Below are positions 51,207 to 64,000 of a stretch of DNA of 64,000 bases, one piece after another. Under the pieces are notes generated by a model that worked only from the letters and a program-made list of their open reading frames with translations, searched no databases and was not told the DNA's origin. The stretch's first letter is position 1. Every line of letters begins with the position of its first letter. The DNA lies in NCBI RefSeq assembly GCF_011745625.1, contig NW_027191477.1, positions 62,001 to 126,000 of the forward strand. The letters are read 5' to 3'. Position numbers and translations under genes: made by a program. This DNA comes from Cladosporium halotolerans (lineage: Eukaryota).

Positions 51207-53193
51207 CTAATACGGTGCACATTCCCTCTCCAACCACTTCTTGGTCAACTCGTCTCCCTCAAAGAAACCGACCGTCTTCTCCAAAACCTCCTTGTGGTAA
51301 GCATTCAACCACTCCCTCTCGCCCCCACTCAACAGCGTCACATCGACCAGCTTCCGGCACATGGGCACCATGGTAACGTGCTCGAAACCCAGATACGGCT
51401 TATCGCCAAACCGGTACTTGGTCTGTGCCTCGGTGACAACAATCACGTTCTCAATCCGAATGCCGTAGTTGCCGTCTTCGTAGTACCCAGGCTCGTTGCT
51501 GATGACGTTGCCCGGCGCGAGAGGGACCTCAGAGTACTGCACGCGCGTGCCGATGCCGATGGGACCTTCGTGGACGTTCAAGAAAGAGCCGATGCCGTGT
51601 CCTGTGCCGTGGCGGTAGTCCAGACCGTAGTGCCAGAGGTGCTGGCGGGCGAGGGCGTCGATGGCGAATCCGGAGGTGCCCTTGGGGAAGCGGATCTGCT
51701 CGAGCGCGATATGGCCTTTCAGGACGAGGGTATAGGATTCGCGTTCTTGAGGCGTGGGGTCGCCGAAGTGCAGGGTGCGGGTCGTGTCGGTTGTGCCGTC
51801 AAAGTATTGCGCGCCGGAGTCGCAGAGGTAGACTTTGGCGGGGTCGATGATGGAGCAGTTGCCGGGCTCGGCCTTGTAGTGGATGACGGCGGCGTTGGGA
51901 CCGGTGGAGGAGATGGTGTCGAAGCTGAGGCCGGCAAATTTGTCGTGCTTGCTTCGGATGGCTTCGAGTTTGTCGGATGCTTGCACTTCATCGAGTGTGG
52001 ATTTCTTCTCGATGAGCTCGTGCTCGAGCCAGGCGAAGTATTCGGTCAGGGCAGCGCCGTCGCGGATGTGGCATTGGCGCATACCTTCGAGCTCAGTGGC
52101 GTTCTTGACTGCTTTGGCGTCACCGACTGGAGAGCGGACCTCCTCGACCTTGTCCGGACCGCCGAGTGCTGAAGATAGGGCCCAAGAGGCTTTTGTTGAA
52201 ATGAGGTACTTTTGAGCGGCAGAGCTTGACGCGGCAGATGATGACAATGCGGTGATGTCTGAGAAGATATCTTCGTAAGGGCGGAGAGTGACTCCAGAGA
52301 GATGCGACTTGGCATCCTCAGGCAGCTTGGACTCATCGATGTACAGCGTGACTGCGGAAGGCGTGATGACCGCGTAGGCGAAGAAAACCGGGTTGTAAGG
52401 GATGTCGTTGCCGCGAAGGTTGAACAGCCAGGCGATCTCATCGAGCATGCTGACCACAAAACCGGCGACCTTCTTCTTCTCCATCTCTTTCCGAAGCTCC
52501 TCCACCTTCTCTTGGAAAGGCTTGCCAGCATACTTCTGAGGATGAACCTTGACCGGCTCATTTGGTCGTGCAGGCCTGTCTTGCCCCCAGACCTTATCGA
52601 CAAGGTTCTCCGCAATCGCGATCAAGTCTTGTCCACCCTTCTTCTTGATCTTCTCGGCCAGCTTCCGCGCATCAGGCGCGGTCAGTGTCGTCGGATCGGC
52701 ACCAACAATCTTCTTGCCAGAGCCCTCCGCGGCCTGCTCGGCAGTCCAGTCTTGCCATGTCGGAACATCCTGGAGACCCTGCTTCAGAAGCGTCCAGTTA
52801 CCGTCAAGCTGTTTGCTGGCCTGGTTGAAGTAGCGGCCATCCGTGGCCAGCGCGGCCTTGTCGTGCGTGATGACAGCCGTGCCGGCGGAGCCAGAGAAAC
52901 CAGAGATGAACTCGCGGCGTGCATCGCTCGGGGCTATGTATTCGGACTGGTGAGAATCTTCGGAAGGCACGACTGCGGCGTGCGTCAGTCAGCGTTCGTG
53001 TGCGGCTGCTGCGGCGGGTCGTACTGTAGATATCTACCTTGTTCTGGGTCATGAGCTCCCGCAGCCGCTGCAGGCGGGCGGTTGTGTTGACTTGGTCCAT
53101 ATCGACGGGGCGTTGCAGGAGAGGTGAAGTGGTGAAAGACCGGATCGACACTCGCGCAGAGCTGGAGACTGCGCGGAATGCAGTCTTGAACAT
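51207..53193 (-). CDS. Xaa-Pro aminopeptidase P (M24B; AMPP1/Fra1-like)
   Basis: [59 protein letters not shown]. Intron 52973-53024. Confidence 0.95.
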
Positions 53194-53442
53194 GAGTGAG
53201 AGTGGGTCGCTGTATATGCGGCCAAAGGTGTCCTGCAGCAGCGGAGTCGGTTACTCAAGCCTTCTGAACGCCGACCGCGGCCAAGCGACTCGGGAGGGTA
53301 CAGATAACGCTGCACGGTGACGCGCCGCACGTGACTACTGAGCTCCGACGCTACCGGCGTATGATATATCATTGATTAAGTCTTTCACGTATACAGCGCT
53401 CGCTTCAGGAGTGTAGTAGTATTTTTTGGCATCTATGCATAG

Positions 53443-54727
53443 CTAAAAACTGACGGTCAGTTCAGGCCAACTGGTAGAGATATGTTTCTCCATCTTGTAA
53501 CCCGCAACATCCTCGATAGTTAGTTTTCCAGGCTTCTTGTCGACTGAGCTCCATCCGATGCGTTCAGTGAGGTCCAACCTGGCTCTCAGGCTTGCAGCTT
53601 GCAGCATAGTAGCCCTTGGTTTCCGCAGACTCTCGTAACGCTTGAGCAATACTCCAACACTCTCCTTGCGTACGTTTTCTGCCGAGAAAATCATACCAAG
53701 GGCGCCTGCGTCTTCAAAAGCACTCACAGCACCCTGGCTCTGATCGGGCATCATGGGGTGCGCAGAATCTCCAGCTAAAGCCACTTTACCCTTCACCCAG
53801 TAGGTATACGGCTTGTGATCGTATAGCCTCCACATTTTGATATCTTCCGCCCGGGCAAATAGTCTCTTCATGTTTGGCTCGATGGTATCAAAAGTTTCGA
53901 CCAGTTGTTGCGGTGTTGCAGAAAAATTCCAGCCATCCTCGCGAGTGTCGTTTTTGCTGGCTGGGTAGAAGCAGTAGCAGCATATCATGTCACCGCCGGC
54001 AGCGGGTGACATAACAATCTTCTCAATGCCCATGCCGCCCCAGTACTCGATTGCATTGCGGGTGACATACTCAGTAAGTCCGAGCTCCTCAAGCGTTTCG
54101 ATGGTGACAATGCACCGGAAGCAGCATGACGTTGACGGTGTGGCAATCGTTTCGACGCCCATCGCGGTTCGCAGTTCAGACTGAGATAATTGTCTTAGTA
54201 TTTCCAACATCAATGATTCAATTCTGGGGAAAGCTCACGCGAATACCGTCCGCGGCGATGACAAGGTCCGCCGTGATCTCCAGACCATTCTCAAATTTCA
54301 CCCACCCACGTTCGGCATCTATTCCGATTGCTTTGTGATTCAACAGAAGTTTAGCGGGCGGGCCTTGTCCTTCCGTGGAGGTCGCCGTTCTCTTTAGCTC
54401 AGCGTGAATGTCGCGACGATGGAAGCTGTAGTAGTGTGTTCCAAACTTGCCCTTGTAGTCGCCGAAAGGGTACTTGGACGTGATTTGTCCTGTAGACCAG
54501 TCGTGCCAGACCATGTCTGTGAGAACAACAGGACGGGCCCGTTCTATGTCAACCCCCCATTTCTGAAGGAACCTGGATCCGTTGGAAGCACATGAGATGT
54601 TGGACCCAACCTCCCCTGAGAAATCATATCGCTCGTACAGCGTTACGTGGTGGCCTTCTCGACGAAGTGAGATCGCACACGCAAGGCCACAGAGCCCAGA
54701 GCCGATGATAGCAACGTTGATAGGCAT
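53443..54727 (-). CDS. FAD-dependent monooxygenase (salicylate hydroxylase-like, group A)
   Basis: IIGSGLCGL, DLVIAADGIRS, LAGDSAHPMMPDQSQGA..AFEDA. Intron 54181-54238. Confidence 0.9.
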
Positions 54728-55188
54728 GATGATAATGATACGGTTGAGAACTTGACAAGATTCGATGTGTTGACAGACCGCACTGCCAGTGTTGAAGCGA
54801 TCGTTATGTTCTATATATGTCAGTAAACTAACAGGGCTGGCCACTTAATCAGTGTATTCAGATGATACAACAAGCAATGCCGCCAGTTGGAAGTCTATCT
54901 TTGATAGTTCTGCGTTCCGCGAGGCTCTTTGGGGTAGCAGCGAACCGCATTTCCATTCCTGGCTTGGACCATTTCCGACCCTTTGGGGCTAAGGTATGCG
55001 GGGACCGCCCCCGCACCCCGCACAGCTCACAACGGGGTCAAACACTATTCCAGCGCGCAAATGCTTGCAACGCGGGAAATTCACGAAAAGCGAAGTCTAT
55101 CACTGCGGCCACGATGCACGGGCATTGATGCTCTTTGGTTCGAAGTGACATGCGCAGGGTGTGTTGATAATCTTGTGTCTATGGTACA

Positions 55189-57193
55189 TCATACAACGTC
55201 CAATCCATTATCCATGAGCCATTTGATCCAGTGCGATCCATCACGTGAACCATGCGAGTCAAGTCGAGCCCACATGGCTGAAACAATCTTATCCACCTGG
55301 TCGATGCGGTCTCCTGGAAATACCCCGCGCATGACCATCAAGTGATTCTTTGCAAGCACGCGGGCTTGTGCCGTAGCGACAGTGCTAGTGTCGAGCACTA
55401 CTCGACCGAAGTTGTCAAATGCGGGTCTTGCTATGCGCAATTCAGAGCAGGCAATCGCAAATGGAACAAACTGGAAACGCAGTATTGGGGACCCCCCGTG
55501 TGTTTCCAACGCAAGGTCGATGACATGTCGTGCCATCATGACCATCTTGTTGTCAATTCCAGCCTCATCAGCCAATTGTGACCCGGGACTGGATGAGTTA
55601 TGCTGATCAGCTGACCCTCCACTCAAACATGGAAACACACGATATAGCTGCAGTAGAGCGGCGGCCTGATAGATCTTGGCTAGGCGTGACAGTTGTGTAT
55701 TCGTCGATGCACCATCCCCAGATGACCGCTTGCCTTTCGTTCGATACATCAAAAGTCTCTCCTGAAGTGTTCTCGCTGCGCACTGGTGCGAGATGTGTGT
55801 GCAAGGCCCTTGCTGCATCTCGCCCACTGTGCCTTCGTGATGACGTACGAGTTGACCGACTTTTGTGAAGAGCTTGATGAGATCAGCGGAGTCTCCCGTC
55901 CAGGGATGCAGGTGAGTGCTCGAGGAAGGTGGAAGGTATATTGAGCTCATTAGAGCATCGTGTGAGGCCATACTGCCGAGCCGAGTGAGGGACGGCTCAG
56001 AGGCGCTCATGTAGGTGAAAAACATCTGCCAGTACGTTGAGACGCCCCGACTAAACGGACTGGTATGATTAGAGGGTAGGAATTGATGGGGTAGCATCGA
56101 GAACTTCTTGAATAGATCCACCATCGAGTCCAGTGGCTGCAACCAACCAGCAGATGCGCCTAGCAAGATCAAGCTCAATTCCAGGGAAGGGTTGTGTCTC
56201 TCTGACAAAGATCTTTGAAGTTCATTTTCTAGAACTTCTTTGGCCTCTTGTCGCAATTCTCGAGCCTTCCGTGACAGACTGGGAGTTGAACTTGCCAAAA
56301 ACGCAAGAGACATGCTCTGTATGACTAAAGGTAGTGATCGGGCGCTTTGAGAGGTCCACATGTTTGCGACATCGGTTATAAATGGATTCTCGATTTGGGG
56401 AGAGCATGAGAGGAGCGGTCCAATGCTGCTAAAGTAGAACGAGACAGAGCTTGTTGTTGAATCTGAGAGCATACCCATTGGCGGACGAGTCAACTGCTGA
56501 GATGAGGTCGGGCAGTCGAATATTGGAGCTGCTGTCATCATGGAGTTGATGTCTTGCGACTGATCCATCGATGACCAATCTAGCTCTTGGGATTTGGTGT
56601 TGCAAAAGTCGAAATCGGTGGAAAATGGCCAGCTGGAGTGCTGCTGCCAGGCTTCGAGATCTGGGAGTGGAATCCTGCCATCGGCGTGAGGCATCCTGTT
56701 TGGTTCGGACAAAGAATAAAGATCGTCCTCCATTTGTGACCATGTGTTGAATTCGGTCGTTAGGGAAGTGGATCCTTCTTCGAAGACTGATGGCGCGCCA
56801 TCGAGATCCGTCAGATCATGAAAGTAAACGTCATCCATAGCCGGTAATGTCCATAGCAGCTCCGTTGCGGGCGCAAGTGTCTGGTCGTTGGCTGACTGGT
56901 TGAAGATTGGTTCTGCTGGACGTGCCGAGCAATCGAGCTTATTGTTCCGAGGTGATTCCTTGTTCGTACGTGTTGTCGTGACCCATCTGAGTTGCTGGAC
57001 CCCATACTCGCACGGGAGACTCTTTTTGTTGCAATACTGACATGCTGGTCTCTCTTCACTGCATTTGATCTGTAGGGCCATCAGCCAAGTGCTGTCAAGT
57101 AATGTTTAAGAGAAAGACGCTACGAATAGGACTCACGTGACGTTTTCGGCATCGCTGGCATCCATTGCGTGACTTTTTGGCTGGGCGTTCCAT
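55189..57193 (-). CDS. Zn(II)2Cys6 transcription factor
   Basis: KKSRNGCQRCRKRH|IKCSEERPACQYCNKKSLPCEY; intron 57070-57136; HPWTG motif in the middle region. Confidence 0.85.
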
Positions 57194-57494
57194 TCTATAG
57201 TCTCAAGGCAAGTACCTACGGTGGTTTTGATTCTTGAACAGATGCAGCTTGGTGCAGGATGAAGGACGAGCAGCGAGGGGAGCGCTTAAACCACTAGCCG
57301 ATACCTTATCACGGCGGTTCTCAAAGCGGGGTGATGGTTGATACCGAAACCTTGACTTGACATCGCGTCCAATGGGGCTCATCCCGCCACCCTTGTTCTG
57401 GGCAGCCTGGACCCTTGAAACGAGATTGGGAGACATGCAGTATCTCCAAACAGAATCTCTACATGTGCTAACATTATTGAACTTCTAACTTGCT

Positions 57495-59646
57495 TCATCC
57501 AGCTTTCACATATTCTCTGATGTGCACGTCTCTTTGAATCACAGAAGCACTCTCGCCGTTGCCATCAATACTTTCCTGGACTTTAATGCCTTGAATGGGT
57601 GATGAACGCAGACCGAAACCGCTTCTAAAAAACGAGACTAGCGTCTTCCTGCCTTGCCACAATGGTAGTATTGTGATAGTCAACGCAGCTCCCCAGGCCC
57701 AGAAGAATGTAATGACCTGTCAATGTCAGCGAACGTCTGCCAGAAGCGGTGCTGGGTACTTTCACTAACCACCCAACCTTTGAAAAACCCCTTGGAGAAA
57801 ATGTACCCCGTTCCAAACATGGGAAGAGGCCACAGGACCATCATGGCGAGGAAGAAGAAGATCGTGGCAAAGATTGCCAATCTGGTACCCCTCCTAAGCT
57901 TAGCATCCATTTCCGAAGTCACCACCTCGGCATCCGCCTGTTCACGAACTTGCTCGACCGTCATCCCTGCGACGTCGATATCGTTCGTTGTGTGAATCCC
58001 AGTGGACAGAAGGGACCAGTCGAAAGTATCCACGCCGAAAGCATAAGTCAGAGCCACGGAGTAGATGATACCAGACAATACCGAGACGACATTTCCAATC
58101 AGCAGAGGGTATATAGCACTTGTCGACGCGATCGTGATTGCTCCGTGCATAGCATGAGCGGAACCAAGCCAGGAGGCGATTGAAGTTATTGAGCCTAAAA
58201 TTGGAGCGAAGATCACTGCCATCTGGTTCTGTTGCTTCCATAGCAGAGTCGCATAGAATGGGAAGACGGCGCAACCACAGAAGATACCGATACAGGTCAC
58301 GATGTAATTGACTCCGATCTCGGTCCTTGATATACCTGTGGCAATCACAGCCATAAGTAAGCTCCAGACAGCGACAGCAAGATGTGACATGCGGACCAGC
58401 TGGCCTCCGGATGCATTCGGGTTGAAGTACTGCTTGTAGACATCGTAGATGTAGACCGCTGCGATGGACACAGTATCGGCACTGAAGCCGGAAGTGCAGG
58501 CCATGAAGACCATGATGAGTACTAGGACAGAGCCTGCTTGGCCCATCATGGCGCCTGCGGCGATTGGGAGGGTCAAGCCTTGCGCGACCTCCGTTGGCGT
58601 GATAGCACGGGGAAAGAGAGCAGTGAACTCCATAGCCCTGGCAGAGAGCCCGAAGGTGGTTGCCAGGCAAAATGGGATGCTGAACCACGCTACACCACCG
58701 ATGATGTAGCCTGGAAGCGTTGCTGCAGGGTCTGCAGTTATGGCCTTTTGGAAAAGCTGCACGTCAATCGTGCAGCCAAAGATGGCACACCAAAGGACGA
58801 TACCAAGAAGTATTGCATCTTCGGATCTCATCGTAAGATATTCACCACCAGCGTTGCCAGGCACTGGACTGCGTTCTGCGGCTGTTTTCAACAACTCCCA
58901 GATACGGTCAGGACTGCCGAGAACTTTATCGGGCTTCGCATACGCGACGAAAACTCCAGCGAGAACTGTGCAGTGAATAAAGATCGTGTTGATGTAGTCG
59001 GTGATGATGACAGCCTTGACTCCGCCACTCAAGGTAAAAAGGACGATTCCGCATGGGAGGAGAAAGATCGCTGCGATCTGATTCATTCCCGTCATGATGC
59101 TGAAGACGGCTGAGCCTCCGATGAGAATGTTGACGCAGTTGATCGTGCAGTAAAGGGTTGAGTATGCCATGAAGACGATGTGACCAGCTTTGCCATACCG
59201 AATACGGCTGATTTCGAAGAATGTGTGCGCGGCTGGCGCTCTCCTTTTCAGCTCAATCGCTGACAACACAAAGACGCCAATGACCGTCAATGCTCCAGCG
59301 CCGTAGAAGTAGGCGCCTGCAACACCGTACGAGTAGGACCATGTTGTCGATGATAAGAGCGTTGATGCAATCGTCCAAGATGAGACGACCGCAGACGCTG
59401 TAAGTCCAGATTTGATCGATCTCTTCGCAGTCGTGAACATCTCTGATCCTTGTACTTCATTTTTATGCCTAGCAGACCAAGTGGAAATGGAGTGAACGAT
59501 TGCAACGAACAAGCAACCAAATCCTAATATAATGCCATAACCAGTACCTAGGTCTTATCAGATCCAAGCGCTTGAGCGTGTTAAGGGTGAAACCCGATGG
59601 TGATCTTACCCTGTGGCAACTTGCCAAGAACAGATTGGTCTGACAT
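57495..59646 (-). CDS. Sodium:solute symporter family urea/polyamine transporter, DUR3-like
   Basis: LPQGTGYG, E.F.TA.RS.KSGLTASAVVSSWT, ELKRRAP.AHT, GGVAWFSIPF, LWPLPMFG. Introns 59548-59609 and 57717-57769. Confidence 0.9.
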
Positions 59647-60575
59647 AGATTCAAGTATTCAGTGTTATTGTTTAGTAGAGCAACGATAGTGTTGTGTTCG
59701 AGTATTGAGATGAGTATGTAAAGACTGCTCTATATGTGCTCAGATCTGATCTCTTCAACAATACTAATACGCCAACCTTCCAACGTCGTCTCCTTTGTGG
59801 CCTCTGATAGCATAGAACTTTCGCTATCGACCCCTCAGCCTAATTGGGAAAGGCGTTCCGCAATGCTAAAAGGGAAAGCCACATCTGCGCTAACGTAAAC
59901 GGAGGGGTAGCCAGTCAGGGCTTTAGCGCCATAAAGCCTACGAGTTCATGGATCATGCGGAGGTTTTGGATTCAGCTGGCAATTCTGTGAACGACTTTCG
60001 AAGACCAAGACGAGCTCCGCTCCAACGCTGATACAGTGCCGCTTCGGCATGATCACACCAGCCATACTGGTGACTTGAATACTGTGTTCGGGCGCACCGC
60101 AACCTTTCATCAATGGACAGCGCCTGTCAGCCCACTGCTTCATTGGTGTCTTCACTGTCTCTGCCATAACGCCACACTCACGAGATCCACAAGGGCCTAG
60201 CCCTGTGTCCGTCGTTAACGCTGTCTCTGAACATGACACAGTCCATTCGAACTCTGCTGCTCGGAATACATCGGCATACTCAAATCCAACGCCCAGCGCT
60301 GGCCTTACGTATCCAGACGTGCGACAGGACCTGTCGCATTGAGATCAAACCCGCCGCAATGTCCTAGCAGTGGCGATATCCGAAACCGGCGGTTCGAAGA
60401 TCCGACATTCGCCGCCACGGTCACCACGATGCCGAATGGCAGAATTGTTGCCACGGTTTTGCTCGCCGAGCCAGGCGTGACATTGATGTTGGCTGACACT
60501 TGTAACCGCGTGCCGGGGACCATCCCACAGGAGACCGTTCAATCAATTTTCCCGATCCTCATCAATAGCACTTCT

Positions 60576-61420
60576 TCAGCTATCGATCAGCTTGACACAG
60601 CCAATAGCCGCAGCAGCCGCGACGCCACCAAGAACAACCATCTCCACTGCACTCTTTATGCAGTTGCGCCAGCTCTTCACGCCGATGAAAGTTGTCTTGA
60701 CCTAGCTGAAAACAAAAAAGCGCCAATGCCATGACTGGAATACTCTAGCGAAGAGCGATAGCCGGGTCCGAAACAAGTAGATAAGGCGTGAGCGTAACCA
60801 GCCCACCACAAACATAGACCCAAAGCAACCGTCAAGCTAGGAAGATACGCTCGCGATGGCGGCTAGTCTTCTTCGTCTTTATTATGTTGGAAGCACATGA
60901 GCAACTACTCCATCTGCTCTCCGTCGTCGCCCAGCTCCCTTAGCCGCGCGAGTATAGCGTCCAGCACTGGTTATGGGAAATCGTAAGCTTCGAAACACGA
61001 CCGGACTACCTCTGATTTCTTTGCGAGAACCGTTGAGACAATGGACTTTGTGTCGGAAAGGCTGGCGACATAAGCCTCGCGTTCGCTCTGGGCACTCAGA
61101 TACCCGCCGAGGCCCATCGAGATTGCTCCTACTAAGAGCTCGGTAAGGCCACCTTAGACGATCGATTTCGAGTCGCCGACAGCTAATAGGCCGGCAGTGA
61201 GGGCGAAAGGTACCATGAGGCCGTCTGAAAGACCGATAGGGACATCGCCGAAGAATCGAGCAACGTCGGGGTTGATCCAGGGCCTTCGCAGTGCGACGGG
61301 TAGTAATGATTCTCGATGATGGCGTTCGTACTTATGAGACTAAACACCGTTGTTTGGAAGAGGAGAAGCTAGTGAGGGGTCGTTGTGTTGATCCGCGGAT
61401 TTCGATGTGAAGAAGAGCAT
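60576..61420 (-). pseudogene. Vacuolar iron/manganese transporter (CCC1/VIT1 family) pseudogene
   Basis: IGLSDGLMVPFALTAGL...V*GGLTELLVGAISMGLGGYLSAQSE...EMVVLGGVAAAAAIG, broken by about seven stops and two frameshifts. Confidence 0.88.
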
Positions 61421-62226
61421 ATTGTCGTCGTATCTTGTCGTGCTTTGGACGAAAAGGACGACGAGTGTAGGTCAGTTAAGCGTTGATTGATATTGGAGTT
61501 TATGCAACAAGATAAAGAATTTCCCTTTGCGGTCTCGGAACGATACCAGGGTGGGATAGTTATTAGTAGTAGTAGGAAGCAGCTATGAATCTGAGAAGCA
61601 GGCGTGTGACAGCTCGCAGCCAATGAGCGGCGGGCTAATGGTAAGCTGAGCTCGTTTTCTACCTACTTGCTAAGGTATGGCTTGCCCTGACGCGACAGGA
61701 ACGGAGTGAGGTTGAAAATTCACTTGACAAACGCATAACTCATTCCAGAACATTACAGATAATCAAAGAGCGTAGAGAGGTCAGCAGTATTCCTTTGAAA
61801 GGTAATCGCGGTGTGTATAGAGACTTTTGTGTAGGCCGGACACCAGAAGAGAGATCTCCGGAGCGGAGGTTTCCAGAGCTAAAATTGCTCCGACAAGCCG
61901 ACTCTTGTCTCCGATCTGATATCATACTCTTCGTCTTTGAGACTCACCGTACTGTTTGCGGTGATGAGCGCTTGCGATGTGGCGTTTTTGCCTACGCAAT
62001 TCATCATCAGACCGTGAAGACGGCACAAGAGTTCCTCCGTCGAAGCTGATCCGTGCCGGAGGACGACGGATACATAAGATCTCAGGTCGGCGCATAACAC
62101 GGCTGAGCATTGGAGCAATCTTCCACAGTTCGTATCTTGAGTAATACTACCCTGCTGTACGAGTCAACATCTCAATTACGCTACGCTTCCCATCCCATCA
62201 ACAATCCTTCATATCCCATCTCCAAG

Positions 62227-63159
62227 ATGTGCACCACCTTCGACAGCACCACAATCCCCTCCCTGGAAGGCAAAGTAATTCTCATAACAGGCGGCACTGC
62301 TGGCCTTGGACGCGAAACCATCTTTAGCCTCGCCGCCCATAACCCAGCACACATCTACTTCTCCGGCCGCTCAGAGTCCTCCGCAACAGCCCTCAGCGCA
62401 GAACTCTCCAAGCTCCACCCTCAGGTCCCCTGCACCTTCATCCGCGCTGATCTCGCCTCTCTGGCCTCTGTCAAAGCCGCGACAGCAGCCTTCCTCGCGC
62501 AGGAATCACGCCTTGATCTCTTCTTCGCGAACGCGGGCGTGATGGCGCTGCCGCCGGGATTGACGAAAGACGGGTACGAGGTGCAGTTCGGCACGAACCA
62601 TCTCGGCCACGCAGCACTGGTCAAACTGCTTCTCCCCATCATGGAAGCGACCGCTCAGCGGGGACACGACGTGCGAATCATCTGGAACAGCTCGCTGGGC
62701 TACAAGGGCGCGTCCGGAATCGCTTTCGCAAGCCTGAAGACGCCACAAGCCTATCTTTCGCCGTTTTACGTTCTCAGTGACTGGTTTCGCTATGGGCAGA
62801 GCAAGCTGGCGAATATCTTGTACGCGCGAGAGTTTGCAGCGAGACATCCTACCATCACGTCTGTGTCGATCCACCCCGGAGTGGCCGAGACAGGCTTGGT
62901 ATCGGGATTGGGGACTTTCAATCGGTGGTTTGTGTGGGCTACCACGCTGAAGATTAAAGTTCCGATTGAGCAATGCGCTTGGAACCAGCAATGGGCTGCC
63001 GTGGCGCCAAAAGGGGCCGGCGAGAGAGAAGTGGTTAGTGGTAGATTCTATGAGCCTGTCGGCGTCAAGGGCGACCTGACCAAAGCTGGTGGAGATGATG
63101 TCTTGGCGAAGGAGTTGTGGGAGTGGACGCAGAAAGAGCTGGAGGCGTTCGGAATCTGA
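62227..63159 (+). CDS. Short-chain dehydrogenase/reductase (retinol dehydrogenase/WWOX-like)
   Basis: ITGGTAGLG, NAGVM, DGYEVQFGTNHLGH, YGQSKLAN, HPG. Confidence 0.92.
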   Translation: MCTTFDSTTIPSLEGKVILITGGTAGLGRETIFSLAAHNPAHIYFSGRSESSATALSAELSKLHPQVPCTFIRADLASLASVKAATAAFLAQESRLDLFFANAGVMALPPGLTKDGYEVQFGTNHLGHAALVKLLLPIMEATAQRGHDVRIIWNSSLGYKGASGIAFASLKTPQAYLSPFYVLSDWFRYGQSKLANILYAREFAARHPTITSVSIHPGVAETGLVSGLGTFNRWFVWATTLKIKVPIEQCAWNQQWAAVAPKGAGEREVVSGRFYEPVGVKGDLTKAGGDDVLAKELWEWTQKELEAFGI

Positions 63160-63862
63160 GGGGATTGTACCTAAGCGTAATTTGCGGCAATGTCGGCGTC
63201 AGTATTTGATGACTCTGATAGAATTCCTTTGGAAACTGGTATGAGTCTGACGGATTTCACTTTGGATATCCTTATCTGCTCAGTCAATACGATGAGGACT
63301 CATTCTTGCTTTCCATACAACTTCCGTGCGGTATATCCAGTGTACAGGAGTGACGGCCTTCCCTGGCCGTGGCAACTCGTGATCTTACTGTTACGCGTCG
63401 CCCACGCAATACTGCCGTTCTCATATCCCCTCGCTTCAAGATTGTTCGCTTTTCCACACATCTTTCGCTTAATCATCGTAGCCTTGGGATATCACGTACA
63501 GCGCGCTAGCCGCTCGCCGCGCGCGTCACCTACAGACTCCGGCCAAGCTCAGGCTGGAGAAGGGATCTGCCGAGCAATAGCCGTTTCGCGAGTAGCGCTA
63601 TCAGATCACCGCTTGACTCAACCTCACCTTGGTCGATCGCAGGCATTGAGTGACTCTATCGGCGTCGCCCTCTGCTCCAGGACGCTGCAACGGGCTCAAA
63701 TTGAGTCAATTGACCTGTTTGCCTACACAGCATCCCCTCGTGGGCTGCCAGCGTTCGCTTGCTTGTATCCACGCTCGCCACGGCAATCTTTCCGGCGCGC
63801 ATTGAGACCATTGAGGGTCACTACAGACATTCTTTGAAGCCCTACTGGCCAATATCACCAAC

Positions 63863-64000
63863 ATGGCGCCCAGAACTTCCGCAGCAAAGCGTGCCTTCTC
63901 TGCCGTTTTCCAACTGCGTCAATACTCAGCACCCGCGGACCGCTCTATTCCCCCGGCAAAGCAGAAGTATGTCCCTAGCACCGGCACTTATCCCAAGGGT
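63863..64000 (+). CDS. ARG7: Mitochondrial ornithine acetyltransferase ArgJ, 5' fragment
   Basis: [46 protein letters not shown] resembles the fungal ArgJ N-terminus (presequence, then ..GTYPKGF). Only 46 codons are visible. Confidence 0.7.
   Translation, partial: MAPRTSAAKRAFSAVFQLRQYSAPADRSIPPAKQKYVPSTGTYPKG

Noticed and set aside
59548..60300. TPP riboswitch at the DUR3-like gene, as in Neurospora NCU01977
   Set aside because: The first intron is only 62 nt and I saw no CUGAGA or CUUGAUC..GGAUAAU..CC.GCG aptamer core.
63190..63837. 215-aa ORF after the SDR
   Set aside because: No recognisable domain; it spans the SDR 3' UTR and ARG7 promoter.

Overview
Gene-dense, intron-containing fungal DNA (filamentous ascomycete; a Dothideomycete is my best guess). 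About 27 protein-coding genes are supported: OXP1 (runs off the left edge), an amino-acid permease, ketopantoate reductase, fused pseudouridine glycosidase/kinase, OST1, HRP1-like, GYP1, DCD1, ATG7, COQ9, RAD54, a Myb/Reb1-like factor, two Zn2Cys6 factors, phosducin-like, PTH11-like, old yellow enzyme, VRG4, FUN14, aminopeptidase P, an FAD monooxygenase, a DUR3-like transporter, an SDR, ARG7 (runs off the right edge) and three hypotheticals. There is also a CCC1/VIT1 pseudogene. The most unusual signals are at the HRP1-like locus. (1) Exactly in frame behind its TAG stop is a 60-codon extension with 18 uninterrupted collagen-like Gly-X-Y triplets (mostly GPT), absent from the ORF track. (2) Its 1089-nt intron is closed by a long-range inverted repeat that covers a cryptic, stop-introducing 3' splice site. 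The old yellow enzyme gene also has a 491-nt, densely base-paired intron. Splice sites and helices were read by eye; no searches or folding were run.
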